A DNA stretch of 64,000 nucleotides from a bacterium (lineage in GTDB: Bacteria > Patescibacteriota > Minisyncoccia > Phycocordibacterales > UBA2100), in the NCBI GenBank assembly GCA_030648265.1, contig JAUSHX010000028.1, positions 249 to 64,248 on the forward strand, read 5' to 3'. Position 1 is the stretch's first letter. Every line of letters begins with the position of its first letter. The notes beneath the pieces are model-generated. The model ran no database searches, was not told the DNA's origin, and saw nothing but the letters and a program-made list of their open reading frames with translations. Both the position numbers and the translations under genes were made by a program. Below are positions 37,902 to 48,160 of this stretch, piece after piece.

Positions 37902-38960
37902 ATGGCAAAAATTAATTTCGGCGGAGTGGTAGAAGATGTGATAACGCGCGAAGAATTCTCGCTAGATAAAGCGCGGGAGGTTTTAAAGAACGAAGTCGTA
38001 GCCGTCTTGGGCTACGGCGTACAGGGTCCTGCACAGTCCTTGAACATGCGCGACAACGGCATCAACGTTATCATCGGCCAGAAATCCGGAAGCTCTTCGT
38101 ACGATAAAGCAGTTAAGGACGGGTGGGTTCCCGGCAAGACGCTTTTCTCGCTTGAGGAAGCCGCGGAGAAGGGCACCATCATCCAGTATCTCGTTTCGGA
38201 TGCGGGACAAATGATGATATGGCCGAAAATAAAACCGCATCTCACGAAGGGCAAAGCACTGTATTTTTCTCACGGTTTTGGAATGGTGTTCAACGACCAG
38301 ACCGGCATTGTGCCGCCGAAAGATATTGACGTGATACTGGTGGCGCCGAAAGGTTCCGGCCGGAGCGTGCGCATCAATTTTCTCAATGGCAGCGGAATCA
38401 ACGCGAGCTACGCTATAGAACAGGATGCGACAGGGCACGCGCGTGAACGCGCAATTGCTCTCGGCATCGCGCTCGGCGCCGGCTACCTTTTCCCCACGAC
38501 ATTCGCCAACGAAGTAAACAGCGACCTCACCGGTGAACGCGGGATTCTCATGGGCGCACTCGCAGGCGTCATGGAAGCGCAATACAACGAACTGCGCAAA
38601 CATGGCCACTCTCCCAGTGAGGCGTTTAACGAAACAGTAGAGGAGCTCACGCAGAGTCTTATCCGCCTTGTCGGCGAAAACGGCATGGATTGGATGTACG
38701 CCAACTGTTCAACGACCGCCCAGCGGGGTGCCTTGGACTGGAAGCCCCGTTTCAGAAAGGCGGTAGAACCTGTTTTCAAAGATTTGTACGAAAGCGTGAA
38801 AACGGGAAATGAGGCGCGCATCACGCTCAAGGCCAACAGCCAGCCGGATTACAAAGAGAAACTTGCGGTGGAACTCGCGGAAATCCACGATTCTGAAATG
38901 TGGCAGACAGGCGCGGCGGTTCGTTCGTTACGACCGGAGAATTGGAAGAGAAATGCCTAA
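37902..38960 (+). CDS. ilvC: ketol-acid reductoisomerase
   Basis: GYGVQGPAQSLNMRDNG Rossmann motif; 352 aa. Confidence 0.95.
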   Translation: MAKINFGGVVEDVITREEFSLDKAREVLKNEVVAVLGYGVQGPAQSLNMRDNGINVIIGQKSGSSSYDKAVKDGWVPGKTLFSLEEAAEKGTIIQYLVSDAGQMMIWPKIKPHLTKGKALYFSHGFGMVFNDQTGIVPPKDIDVILVAPKGSGRSVRINFLNGSGINASYAIEQDATGHARERAIALGIALGAGYLFPTTFANEVNSDLTGERGILMGALAGVMEAQYNELRKHGHSPSEAFNETVEELTQSLIRLVGENGMDWMYANCSTTAQRGALDWKPRFRKAVEPVFKDLYESVKTGNEARITLKANSQPDYKEKLAVELAEIHDSEMWQTGAAVRSLRPENWKRNA

Positions 38961-38962
38961 AC

Positions 38963-40447
38963 GTGCATACGTCAAAGCCATTTATAACCCTTGAAGACGC
39001 AACCGTCCGATTGGACGGACACATTCTATTCAAGAATCTTAACTGGGAAATACGCAACGACCAGCAGTTGGCAGTTATTGGGCCAAATGGCTCGGGGAAA
39101 TCCGCGCTCATGAAAGTGCTGGCTGGCATTTTGCCTGCGGTCGGGGGTCGCATCGCCTATCATTTTTTGGATAAAGGGGAAGTGCCGCATGAACACATCA
39201 CATACGTGTCATTTGAGGAGCAGAGGGAGGCGCTTGGCCCCGAGGCATATCTTCAAGACCGTTGGAATGTGGGATTAAGTGAAGAAGCGCCGACTGTTTC
39301 TGATTTACTTTCGGAAAGTGGCGTAAAACACATGAACCCATTCGTTGTCGCACATGAAAAAGCGGATGCGACATTCTCCGGACGCAGACAAAAAATCATG
39401 CGGCAACTCGGTTTGAAACCGCTCTTGAAACGCACGCTCATGCAACTTTCCAACGGTGAGCGGCGCAAAGTTACTATCGCGCGGGCGCTTCTCAAAAATC
39501 CGTGTCTTCTCATTTTGGACAATCCGTTTGAGGGATTGGACGTGAGCTTCCGCGCGACACTGAAGAAGAATCTTGAAATCCTAATGAAAGGCGATATGCG
39601 CTTGATTATCGTGGGAACCGGCCGCGAAGAAATACCCGCGGGAATTACACACGTTCTGTGCATTAACGAAAATCATGAGGTTGCAACGGGAACGCGGAGA
39701 GAAATGCTGGAAAAGTTAAACATCGAAGGCAAGGAAAATATATCAAAGAAAGGTGCGCTGAAAAACATAAAGAAGAAAACGCGCCCGATATTGGTGCAGA
39801 TGAAAAATGTGAACATTACGTACAATCAAGTGCCAATTCTGCGAAAACTAAACTGGACGATACATGAGGGGGAGAGGTGGGCGCTCTTCGGCCCGAACGG
39901 CGCGGGGAAGACCACGCTTCTCTCTCTCATTCTCGGAGACAATCCGCAGGCATACGCCAACGACATAACGCTCTTCGGCAAGAAACGCGGGAGCGGCGAA
40001 AGCATCTGGGAAATCAAAAGAAAAATCGGTTGGGTTTCACCGGAGTTGCAATTGTATTATCCACCGGACGCGACATGTTTTGATGTGGTGTGCTCCGGAT
40101 TCTTTGACACAATCGGATTGTATAAAAGATGCACATCATCGCAACAAAAAACTGCGCGCTCGTGGCTCAAAGAACTTGTCCTCGGCGAGCTCGAAAAGAT
40201 TCCGTTCAAAGATATCTCGGAGGGAGAGGAACGGCTCGTGCTTCTCGCGCGCGCACTTGTAAAGAATCCCGCGCTTCTCGTCTTGGATGAACCGTGTCAG
40301 GGGCTTGATGCTGGAAACCGCGACCGCGTTCTTACGGCGGTTGATTTGGCGTGCAAAGATGTAACGGCGACGATGATTTATGTAACGCACCGCACCGACG
40401 AACTCCCGAAAGGCATCACCAACAAACTAGTCTTAAAGAAACGGTGA
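38963..40447 (+). CDS. ABC ATPase with two nucleotide-binding domains (ModF/ABC-F-like)
   Basis: Two Walker A motifs (GPNGSGKSAL, GPNGAGKTTL) and two signature-like motifs; a GTG start is assumed because the ORF overlaps the ilvC end. Confidence 0.7.
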   Translation: MHTSKPFITLEDATVRLDGHILFKNLNWEIRNDQQLAVIGPNGSGKSALMKVLAGILPAVGGRIAYHFLDKGEVPHEHITYVSFEEQREALGPEAYLQDRWNVGLSEEAPTVSDLLSESGVKHMNPFVVAHEKADATFSGRRQKIMRQLGLKPLLKRTLMQLSNGERRKVTIARALLKNPCLLILDNPFEGLDVSFRATLKKNLEILMKGDMRLIIVGTGREEIPAGITHVLCINENHEVATGTRREMLEKLNIEGKENISKKGALKNIKKKTRPILVQMKNVNITYNQVPILRKLNWTIHEGERWALFGPNGAGKTTLLSLILGDNPQAYANDITLFGKKRGSGESIWEIKRKIGWVSPELQLYYPPDATCFDVVCSGFFDTIGLYKRCTSSQQKTARSWLKELVLGELEKIPFKDISEGEERLVLLARALVKNPALLVLDEPCQGLDAGNRDRVLTAVDLACKDVTATMIYVTHRTDELPKGITNKLVLKKR

Positions 40448-40703
40448 AAAACCGCGAAAGCAAACAGGAAAGCGCAATCTCACGTCCCAAAATTAGTGCC
40501 CCATCATGCAATTAAGTATACCACCATGGATTGCGTGCCGCTAAAGAACGGTGTGTATATCTCGATAGCTATCCCATTACGACCTGTAACGTCTATGACG
40601 CTAGCTTATGCGGCCGCACTAGCTAGCGTTATATGTTGAATAGATAATGATGGGATAGGTCTACACATCTCTCTATATGGTGTAGCATTAAGCGCACTTC
40701 ATC

Positions 40704-41888
40704 ATGAAAAAACAATGCCCGCACTGCGGCAACAACCCTGTTTCGCACTTTGCCGCTTGGGTGAACAACTCTTTCAGTGTTCCGGCGAACCGTTTCTACC
40801 TTGCTGTGTTCGGAAAGCTAGAACAGAAATTTGCCGGTTACCTGGTCAAACATGCATTTAATATATTCATCGCCACATTCCGCTTTTTCGGATTGATTAA
40901 GACTTACGACGACCCCCTCAAAGCTGGCACGACCCGCGGGAGAGTTTTGTGGGAAGAAGCACGGCGCCGCGGCATAGACATGAGAGGCCTCCTTTTCTTA
41001 GGACATCAAACCGATTCGTACATCGCGCGGGTGGCGGGACGAAAAATTTATTTTTCCGGCCTTCCGCGACCTGTTTACACGCGCTCCGGTTCCGATTGGT
41101 GGTTGGACGACAAAGCGATGCTGAAGGAGAAACTCGCGAGTGCTGGCATACCGGTGCCGGCAGGCGGAAGTTACTCGAGATACGATGCGCTCACTGCTAA
41201 ATTTGACGAGCTGAAAAAGCCGGTCGTCGTAAAACCGCAGCTCGGTTCTCGCGGAAGGCACACAACAACGCACATCTATACCAAAGAACAGTTGCGCACG
41301 ACATTCAATATTGCCAAGCAAATTTGTTTCTGGGTCGTCACGGAAGAGCATTTAGGAGGGAGCGTGTATCGGGCGACAATGATAGGAGGAAAACTCATCG
41401 GCGTGTTGCGCGGCGACCCGCCGCGCGTGAGAGGGGACGGCGTCCGCACCATCTCTCAGCTGGTGGAGGAGAAGAATAAAATACGGCATGAGAAAGTCTC
41501 TGAAATCGTTTTAGACGAGCGGCATCAGGATTTTCTCGCCCGTACCGGGCGCGACATTACAACGGTCCCTGCTTCCGGCGAAATCGTTGACCTTCTTGCA
41601 TCCATCGGCGTCGGCTATGGCGGACATAGCGCGGAAGTGACAGCAAAGACCAACGCCGAAACGAAAAAGATCTTGGAAATGGCGGCGGATGTCGTAGTGG
41701 ACCCGATGATCGGGTTTGATTTTATTATTCCCGATATTCAGGGTTCGCCCTCGGGGCAGCGCTGGGGAATCATTGAATGCAATTCAACGCCGTTCATCAA
41801 CCTGCATCACGACCCGGTAGAAGGGGAGCCAATCAACATCGCCAAGTATGTGTGGGATTATGTGGAAGGGAATCTTGATCGATATTAG
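40704..41888 (+). CDS. ATP-grasp domain protein with N-terminal Cys motif (CPHCGN)
   Basis: ATP-grasp fold pattern (PVVVKPQLGSRG…ECNSTPF). Confidence 0.5.
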   Translation: MKKQCPHCGNNPVSHFAAWVNNSFSVPANRFYLAVFGKLEQKFAGYLVKHAFNIFIATFRFFGLIKTYDDPLKAGTTRGRVLWEEARRRGIDMRGLLFLGHQTDSYIARVAGRKIYFSGLPRPVYTRSGSDWWLDDKAMLKEKLASAGIPVPAGGSYSRYDALTAKFDELKKPVVVKPQLGSRGRHTTTHIYTKEQLRTTFNIAKQICFWVVTEEHLGGSVYRATMIGGKLIGVLRGDPPRVRGDGVRTISQLVEEKNKIRHEKVSEIVLDERHQDFLARTGRDITTVPASGEIVDLLASIGVGYGGHSAEVTAKTNAETKKILEMAADVVVDPMIGFDFIIPDIQGSPSGQRWGIIECNSTPFINLHHDPVEGEPINIAKYVWDYVEGNLDRY

Positions 41889-41922
41889 GATTCGGAGATT
41901 GTTTCGGTGGTATAGTAATTCC

Positions 41923-42927
41923 ATGGCGTTACGCACAGTGGGGCTCATTCCGGTTGTGTCGGCGATTGTCGGCAACGCTTTAGTCACGTTCATAAAAACG
42001 GGCGCAGCTCTCGTCAGTGGTTCAAGCGTCATGTTTTCCGAGGCGATACACAGTCTTGCCGACACGCTTAACCAGCTTTTTCTTCTTATTGGAGTCAAAC
42101 GTTCGTATAAAAAGTCTGATGATGCCTTTGGATACGGATATGGGCAAGAACGTTTTTTCTGGTCGCTTCTCTCGGCGTGCGGTATTTTTTTCGTTGGTGC
42201 TGGCGTCACTCTCTACAGCGGAATCGCTTCACTTATTCATCCTGAACCGATTGAAATACACCCGCTGGTTTTTTTTGTGCTTGCCGCATCGTTTGTAATT
42301 GAATCTTTGACGTTATGGATAGCGGCGCGCGGGCTGAAGAATTCGTACCCAAATGCAGCTTGGCGCGAACGGCTCGTACTTGCCGACCCCTCAACGCTCG
42401 CGGTTTATCTTGAAGATGGAGTCGCTCTCTTGGGTGTCGGCGTCGCGGCTTTGAGCATCGGCGCGTCCTACTATACGGGCAATGTTTTTTGGGATGGACT
42501 CGGTTCTATTCTCATCGGCATTCTTCTGGCCGCAACCGCAGTTATACTTATAAGGAAAAATCGCTCGTATATTCTAGGCCGTTCAATTCCCGAAGAGGAT
42601 CGCGAAGAAATAATCGCGGCGCTTGTAGCGGAGCCGTCTATAGAACGCGTACTTGATTTCAAATCAACAGTGCTCGGCATCGGCGTGTACCGCATTAAGT
42701 GCGAAGTAGAATTTAACGGCCCCGCACTCTTCAAAGAGGCATACCAGCGCAAATATCTGAAAGAGCAGTACGAAGAGGTGAAAAATGATTACGAAGCGTT
42801 CAAGCGCTTTTGCGTTGATTATGCCGACCGGATTCCGCGTCTCATGGGAAAGAAAATAGATGAGATTGAAATAATGCTCAAGAAACGTTTTCCTTCAGTA
42901 CGCCACATAGACATTGAGATTAATTGA
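41923..42927 (+). CDS. cation diffusion facilitator family transporter
   Basis: CDF signature SAIVGNALVTFIKTGAALVSGSSVMFSEAIHSLADT. Confidence 0.8.
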   Translation: MALRTVGLIPVVSAIVGNALVTFIKTGAALVSGSSVMFSEAIHSLADTLNQLFLLIGVKRSYKKSDDAFGYGYGQERFFWSLLSACGIFFVGAGVTLYSGIASLIHPEPIEIHPLVFFVLAASFVIESLTLWIAARGLKNSYPNAAWRERLVLADPSTLAVYLEDGVALLGVGVAALSIGASYYTGNVFWDGLGSILIGILLAATAVILIRKNRSYILGRSIPEEDREEIIAALVAEPSIERVLDFKSTVLGIGVYRIKCEVEFNGPALFKEAYQRKYLKEQYEEVKNDYEAFKRFCVDYADRIPRLMGKKIDEIEIMLKKRFPSVRHIDIEIN

Positions 42928-42947
42928 AGTAGAATTTTCATATCCAC

Positions 42948-43352
42948 ATGTTCATCTTAAATCTTTTGACAATTCTTTTTGCGGGAATAATTTCCGCCCT
43001 CATAGGTTTTGTGTGGTATCACCCGCGTGTTTTCGGAGGTGCTTGGATGCGGTTGTCCAGTCTGACGCCGGAAGTGGTTGAGCGGGGGAAGCGTCGTATG
43101 CACGCGGATGAAATTCTGGCGCTGCTCGCTAGTATTCTTGCTGCGTTTGTATTGTTTTCGCTTGAGACAAAGCTCGGCATATACGATGCGAGAGGTGCCG
43201 TACAGCTCGGATTATTGGCGTGGGCCGGATTTGTTGTCCCGGCTCTTTCAGGGACGGTCTTATGGGAGCAAAGACCGATATCACTGTACATCATCAATGT
43301 TGGCTATTGGCTTGTTGCGTTCGTAACTATGGCTGTTATTGTAATCCTATAG
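42948..43352 (+). CDS. DUF1761 family membrane protein
   Basis: N-terminus LIGFVWYHPRVFGGAWM. Confidence 0.5.
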   Translation: MFILNLLTILFAGIISALIGFVWYHPRVFGGAWMRLSSLTPEVVERGKRRMHADEILALLASILAAFVLFSLETKLGIYDARGAVQLGLLAWAGFVVPALSGTVLWEQRPISLYIINVGYWLVAFVTMAVIVIL

Positions 43353-43419
43353 AGATAGAGATGAAAATTGCAAATTTACCCTACTCCGCTAAAGCTACAG
43401 AAGGGCACGGTGCAGAATC

Positions 43420-43887
43420 ATGAATTGGAAACATACATTTCAGACGGTTCTCGTCCTCGCGGCGGCTGTAGTCATTATCGCGTCCATTTCACCGCACAAC
43501 GTCATTCCGGTTCCCGTGCCATCCGCAGAAACCGGCGCACGGATCATAAGGCTCGCGGGACAAGACGTTCGCGTATCGGTGGTTTCAACTCCTGAAGCGA
43601 GAACAAAGGGTCTTAGCGGACGAACGGGACTTGCAAGAGGCGAAGGAATGCTATTCATATTTAACTTGGACGCGAAATACGGGTTCTGGATGAAGGACAT
43701 GCTCTTCCCAATAGACATTCTATGGCTTTCCTCTGAAGGAAGGGTCGTGGATATGAGAGAGAGCGTCTCTCCGGCGACATATCCGGCTGTTTTCACCCCA
43801 AACTTGGGCGCGCGTTATGTTTTGGAGCTTTTTGCAGGGTTCGCCAGTGCTCATAATGTAAAAATAGGTGATTTTGTAGACCTATAA
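43420..43887 (+). CDS. DUF192 domain protein
   Basis: GMLFIFNLDAKYGFWMKDMLFPIDILWL. Confidence 0.6.
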   Translation: MNWKHTFQTVLVLAAAVVIIASISPHNVIPVPVPSAETGARIIRLAGQDVRVSVVSTPEARTKGLSGRTGLARGEGMLFIFNLDAKYGFWMKDMLFPIDILWLSSEGRVVDMRESVSPATYPAVFTPNLGARYVLELFAGFASAHNVKIGDFVDL

Positions 43888-44009
43888 TCGCATACGGGAT
43901 CACCTTTTGGGTTTCTTGGTTGTGAGTCAGGAGTTGTCCACAGTTGTTGCTGGAAACATGGCCGCGGGATGCGCGATACAATTAACTTCTCTAACAAAAC
44001 GGATTCATT

Positions 44010-46391
44010 ATGCGCATGACGAATCAAAAAACGACAGTAAGAGTTGCAAGAAATGCGACTCGGGTTTCTATTTCTGCGAAAGCGGGAGCGGGCGGAGGAG
44101 CGGCTCTTCGCGTGTATAAAAAATATCTTCCTAACGTTCAAAAAAGAGACGGCCGTATCGTGCCGTTTGAATTTGACAAGGTGGTAAATGCTATTTACAA
44201 GGCGATGCTTGCGACGAATGAGGGCTCGGAAGACGAAGCAGTAGTGGTGGCGCACAAAGTTGCGGGCGAAATGATGCGGATTGCCAAAACGTATAAGAAC
44301 TTCCTGCCTACGGTTGAAGGATGCCAAGACGAAGTTGAACGCCAGCTCATTCTTGCCGACTACGCCGCCGCGGCGAAAGCATATATTCTCTATCGCGCGG
44401 AGAGAGCCAAGGTTCGCAAAGAGCAGGGAGCGGTGCCGGAGCATGTCCGTGCGCTCGCTGCAGAAAGCAAAAAGTATTTCAAGAATAATCCGCTCGGAGA
44501 ATTCGTGTATCTGCGTACGTACGCTCGTTGGATTGAAAGCGAGCAGAGGCGCGAGACGTGGATAGAGACAGTGGACAGATACGTCGGATTCATGAAAGAA
44601 AATCTCGGCGATAAACTCACGAAAAAAGAATATGCGGAAATCCGCGAGGCGATATTGAAACAGGAAGTCATGCCGTCAATGCGCGCGATGCAATTCGCCG
44701 GCGCTCCGGCGAAGAAGTGCAACACGTGTTTCTATAATTGTTCCTTCACTGCCCCTGTGAAATTGGAAGATTTCTCAGAAATAATGTATCTCTCAATGCA
44801 GGGATGTGGCGTGGGCTATGCAGTGGAAAGCCAGAATATTCAGCAGCTTCCGCAGATAGAAAAACAGACCGGAGAGAAGCTTGCGACCCACATTGTCGCC
44901 GACAACAAAGAGGGCTGGTGCGACTCGCTCACGCTCGGGCTCCGCACATGGTATTCGGGAAAGGACGTTGATTTTGATTTCTCTGTGATCCGTCCTGCGG
45001 GCTCGCGCCTGAAGACAATGGGCGGGAAAGCTTCCGGTCCGGAGCCGCTTCGCTCGTTGCTCGCATTTGCGCGCGAGCGGATATTAAGACGCCAAGGGCG
45101 ACGGCTTCGCAACATAGATGCGCACGACATCATTTGCAAAATCGGAGAGTGCGTAGTTGCCGGGGGCGTACGCAGAACCGCCATGATTTCTCTGTCGGAT
45201 TTGGATGACGTGGAGATTCGAGACGCTAAAAAAGGCCAGTTTTTCCTCACGGATCCGTACCGTTCAGTCGCCAACAACTCCGCCGTCTATGAGGTGAAGC
45301 CATCAAATGCGGAGCTCATGGATGAATGGGTGGCTCTGATGAAGAGCGGGACGGGAGAGCGCGGGATTTTCAATCGCGGCTCGCTTGAGAAAACGATGCC
45401 GGAACGCCGACAGAAGTTATTGCACAAAAAATACGGGAAACGTGGGAATTCTATCGGACAAGTCGGTACGAATCCTTGCGGAGAAATAATTCTGCAGTCC
45501 AAACAGTTCTGCAATCTATCGGAAGTTATTGCCCGCGCTGACGACACGGAAAAGACGCTTCTTCGCAAGGCGCGCCTCGCTACACTTCTCGGAACCTATC
45601 AGTCAACGCTCACAAATTTCAATTACATTTCCAAAGATTGGCAGAACAATTGTGAGGCGGAAAGGCTTCTCGGCGTATCAATCACGGGCCAGTGGGATTC
45701 TCCGGTGGTTCGCGATGCAAAAGTAATGCGCAAGATGCGTGCAGTTTCAATTAGGACGAATGCAACATACGCGAAGCGCTTCGGTATCAATGCTTCAACG
45801 TCTATCACGTGCGTGAAGCCTTCGGGTACTGTCTCGCAGACATTTAACTGCTCGTCGGGCATTCATCCGCGACACTCGCAGTACTACATTCGCCGTGTCC
45901 GCATCTCGGCGACCGATTCGCTCTACAAGATGATGCGTGACCAGGGCGTGCAAGCTTTCCCTGAAGTAGGGCAGAATGCGAATGAAGCGACGACGTTTGT
46001 TTTGGAATTTCCGGTTAAAGCCCCCAACGGTTCTCTCTACAAGAACGACCTAACGGCGATGGAACAGTTGGAGTATTGGAAAATGGTGAAATTGAATTTT
46101 ACCGAGCACAATCCCTCGGCAACGATTTCAGTAGGGGACGAGGAATGGGTTGCGGTCGTCGCGTGGATTTCCGACAACTGGGACATCATCGGCGGACTCT
46201 CATTCCTACCGCGCGAGAATCACGTGTATCGCCTCGCTCCGTACGAAACGATTGACAAGAAAACCTACGAAGCGCTCGCATCGAAATTCCCCGTCATTGA
46301 TTATTCAAAATTGATTATCTACGAGCGGACAGACGAGACCGAACAGGCGAAGGAATTGGCATGTGCCGGAGGGACGTGCGAGATTGTTTAG
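44010..46391 (+). CDS. nrdJ: class II (adenosylcobalamin-dependent) ribonucleotide reductase with N-terminal ATP-cone
   Basis: ATP-cone (VQKRDGRIVPFEFDKV), catalytic NPCGEI motif; 793 aa. Confidence 0.85.
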   Translation: MRMTNQKTTVRVARNATRVSISAKAGAGGGAALRVYKKYLPNVQKRDGRIVPFEFDKVVNAIYKAMLATNEGSEDEAVVVAHKVAGEMMRIAKTYKNFLPTVEGCQDEVERQLILADYAAAAKAYILYRAERAKVRKEQGAVPEHVRALAAESKKYFKNNPLGEFVYLRTYARWIESEQRRETWIETVDRYVGFMKENLGDKLTKKEYAEIREAILKQEVMPSMRAMQFAGAPAKKCNTCFYNCSFTAPVKLEDFSEIMYLSMQGCGVGYAVESQNIQQLPQIEKQTGEKLATHIVADNKEGWCDSLTLGLRTWYSGKDVDFDFSVIRPAGSRLKTMGGKASGPEPLRSLLAFARERILRRQGRRLRNIDAHDIICKIGECVVAGGVRRTAMISLSDLDDVEIRDAKKGQFFLTDPYRSVANNSAVYEVKPSNAELMDEWVALMKSGTGERGIFNRGSLEKTMPERRQKLLHKKYGKRGNSIGQVGTNPCGEIILQSKQFCNLSEVIARADDTEKTLLRKARLATLLGTYQSTLTNFNYISKDWQNNCEAERLLGVSITGQWDSPVVRDAKVMRKMRAVSIRTNATYAKRFGINASTSITCVKPSGTVSQTFNCSSGIHPRHSQYYIRRVRISATDSLYKMMRDQGVQAFPEVGQNANEATTFVLEFPVKAPNGSLYKNDLTAMEQLEYWKMVKLNFTEHNPSATISVGDEEWVAVVAWISDNWDIIGGLSFLPRENHVYRLAPYETIDKKTYEALASKFPVIDYSKLIIYERTDETEQAKELACAGGTCEIV

Positions 46392-46639
46392 CATTTGCCC
46401 GCGCGTAAGCGCGGATGCAAATACTTAACCCGTTCACCATTTTCAGCGTGCGAACAGATTCAGAACGCCCACTGCCGATTGCGGTTTCTTAGACCAATAT
46501 TTATCAGCAAGATAGAAAGTGAGGAAATGGTGTCGGGTTTAAACAGGTTGTGGGGAATAGCTTCTAGCTGCTAGGAGGAAATACGAAAAGAGAAAGCCCG
46601 GTGAACCGAGTCTTTTTTCTCTCGATTCCTCCCGGGCAG

Positions 46640-46924
46640 TCAGGGTAGAAGGTGCGAATAACCACCAACCCACCATGATGATCCGCGCATTGAATGTTCG
46701 CCGTCATCGATAATCAACAGAGTGTCACGACTCCGCAGTTTGCGGCCGCCGTCTTTTTCGCGGTCCATACGAGTACCATTCACGAATACCCGCAATGCCC
46801 TCGTCAAGCCAGTCCCCTTCTTTTTGAGGATCTCGTTAACCACTTTTCCCAATGTCCATGGAGCTTTCCGCTGGAAGCTGATGCTACCACCTTCTTGCGG
46901 CACGAACGTTGTGTTCTCTCTCAT
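46640..46924 (-). CDS. small hypothetical protein (possible S4/YbcJ-like RNA-binding fold) inside repeat unit 1
   Basis: RVFVNGTRMDREKDGGRKLRSRDTLLIIDDGE; weak assignment. Confidence 0.25.
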   Translation of the reverse strand: MRENTTFVPQEGGSISFQRKAPWTLGKVVNEILKKKGTGLTRALRVFVNGTRMDREKDGGRKLRSRDTLLIIDDGEHSMRGSSWWVGGYSHLLP

Positions 46925-47538
46925 GATTTTTATCTCCTGTGCGAAATAGCTCGACTAACCAGATGGTCTAGCCGTGTCGGCGCTATCTCAAAACGCAGAG
47001 AGAAAGTCAATCAAAAGAAAAAAGAGCCCTTTGGGGGCTCTTTTTTCATGTTCTGCGCAATAAGCCGGATTCTGTCGGGGACAGTCATTTATCTGGGATG
47101 ATTGTAAATTCTAGCAGTCTGACTGCTAAGATTCCATTGTATCAAACCTTAGAAAGAAAAGGGAAAAAGAGAAAGCCCGGTGAACCGAGTCTTTTTTCTC
47201 TCGTTTCCTTCCGGACTTTTTTGCACCGTCATTTTTTCTTCGCAGGCGGACGCCGCCGCCGCGAAAAGATGCGGGACATCTCCCTCACCGTCTCGATTGA
47301 GGGGGGTGGAAGCGCTTTTGCATCTCGCATGGCCTCTTCCAGATCAACAGCATCAACGGCGGGTAACCGCCTTGGTTTGTTACGCTTCATCGCAATCTCC
47401 TCAAATAACTCGACCAACCGATTGATTGACCGTGTCGGCAGTATCGCAAGTTGCAGAGAGAGAGTCAATCAAATGAAAAAGTACCGCAGCAGAACCCACG
47501 AGGTTTCACCTCGTGGGTTCTCAGACATCCAGACACAC

Positions 47539-47567
47539 TTGATATATTTGTCAACCTTTGATACACT
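47539..47567 (+). promoter_or_regulatory. sigma70-like promoter TTGATA-17-TACACT for the RNase P RNA
   Basis: Spacing read directly; the same TACACT -10 is used upstream of the AbiEi gene. Confidence 0.55.
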
Positions 47568-47571
47568 ACAT

Positions 47572-47930
47572 ACCTGCGTTAGGCAGTCGCTGGTCCGCAA
47601 GGGCTAGAGGAAAGTCCGGACACGCCCACGTTTCGTAAGATATGTGGAGCACGGTAGCGGGTAACGCCCGCCGGGGTAATCCTAGGGATGCGAACAGAGA
47701 CGGTTTTTTGCGAGAGCAAAAAACCGCCCCGTGAAATCGCGAAAGCATATTTCACTGGGGCGAGATTGAGCAGTTAAAGGCTCAAGGTGCAACGGCAAAA
47801 ATCCTACCTGCGTGCAAGGTCGTATCAAATCGTGCCATCGGTACGGTTAGAAGAACCGCTTGAGGTGATTGGCAACAATCATCCCAGATAAATGACTGTC
47901 CTCGACAGAATCCGGCTTACAAATGCAGCG
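47572..47930 (+). ncRNA. rnpB: RNase P RNA (bacterial type A)
   Basis: Universally conserved GAGGAAAGTCCGGAC (P4), 5' AGGCAGTCGC and 3' …AATGACTGTCCTCGACAGAATCCGGCTTAC, aligning with the E. coli M1 RNA termini. Confidence 0.85.
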
Positions 47931-48160
47931 AAATGAGCGGAGCGAAAAAGCTTCGCTTTTTCGTTTCCGAATGAGAAAATTTGCACGAAGTTGGGCGCAG
48001 TGCAGCCGAGCGCAGCGAGTACTGCACAGAACATGAAAAAAGAGCCCCAAAAGAGCTCTTTTTTCTTTTCTTCAATACCCCCAAATCCACACCCATCCCT
48101 TGCGGTACTTGCGCACTTCGTATGCTACACTTCCAACATATTAGTCAGATAAATATTATT

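Larger units (their letters stand above)
46560..47570. repeat. two tandem ~590-bp units, each starting with hairpin gagaaagcccggtgaaccgagtcttttttctctcg and ending with …ccgtgtcggc..tatc…gcagagaga(a/g)agtcaatcaaa(a/t)g plus a terminator hairpin
   Basis: Identical 35-mers at 46577 and 47168; homologous blocks at 46940–47010 and 47410–47480; small minus-strand ORFs inside each unit. Confidence 0.8.

Noticed and set aside
47098-47607. ORFs 47098..47607 and 47180..47425 (+)
   Set aside because: They overlap the tandem repeat units and run into the RNase P RNA promoter/5' end; no coding signal.
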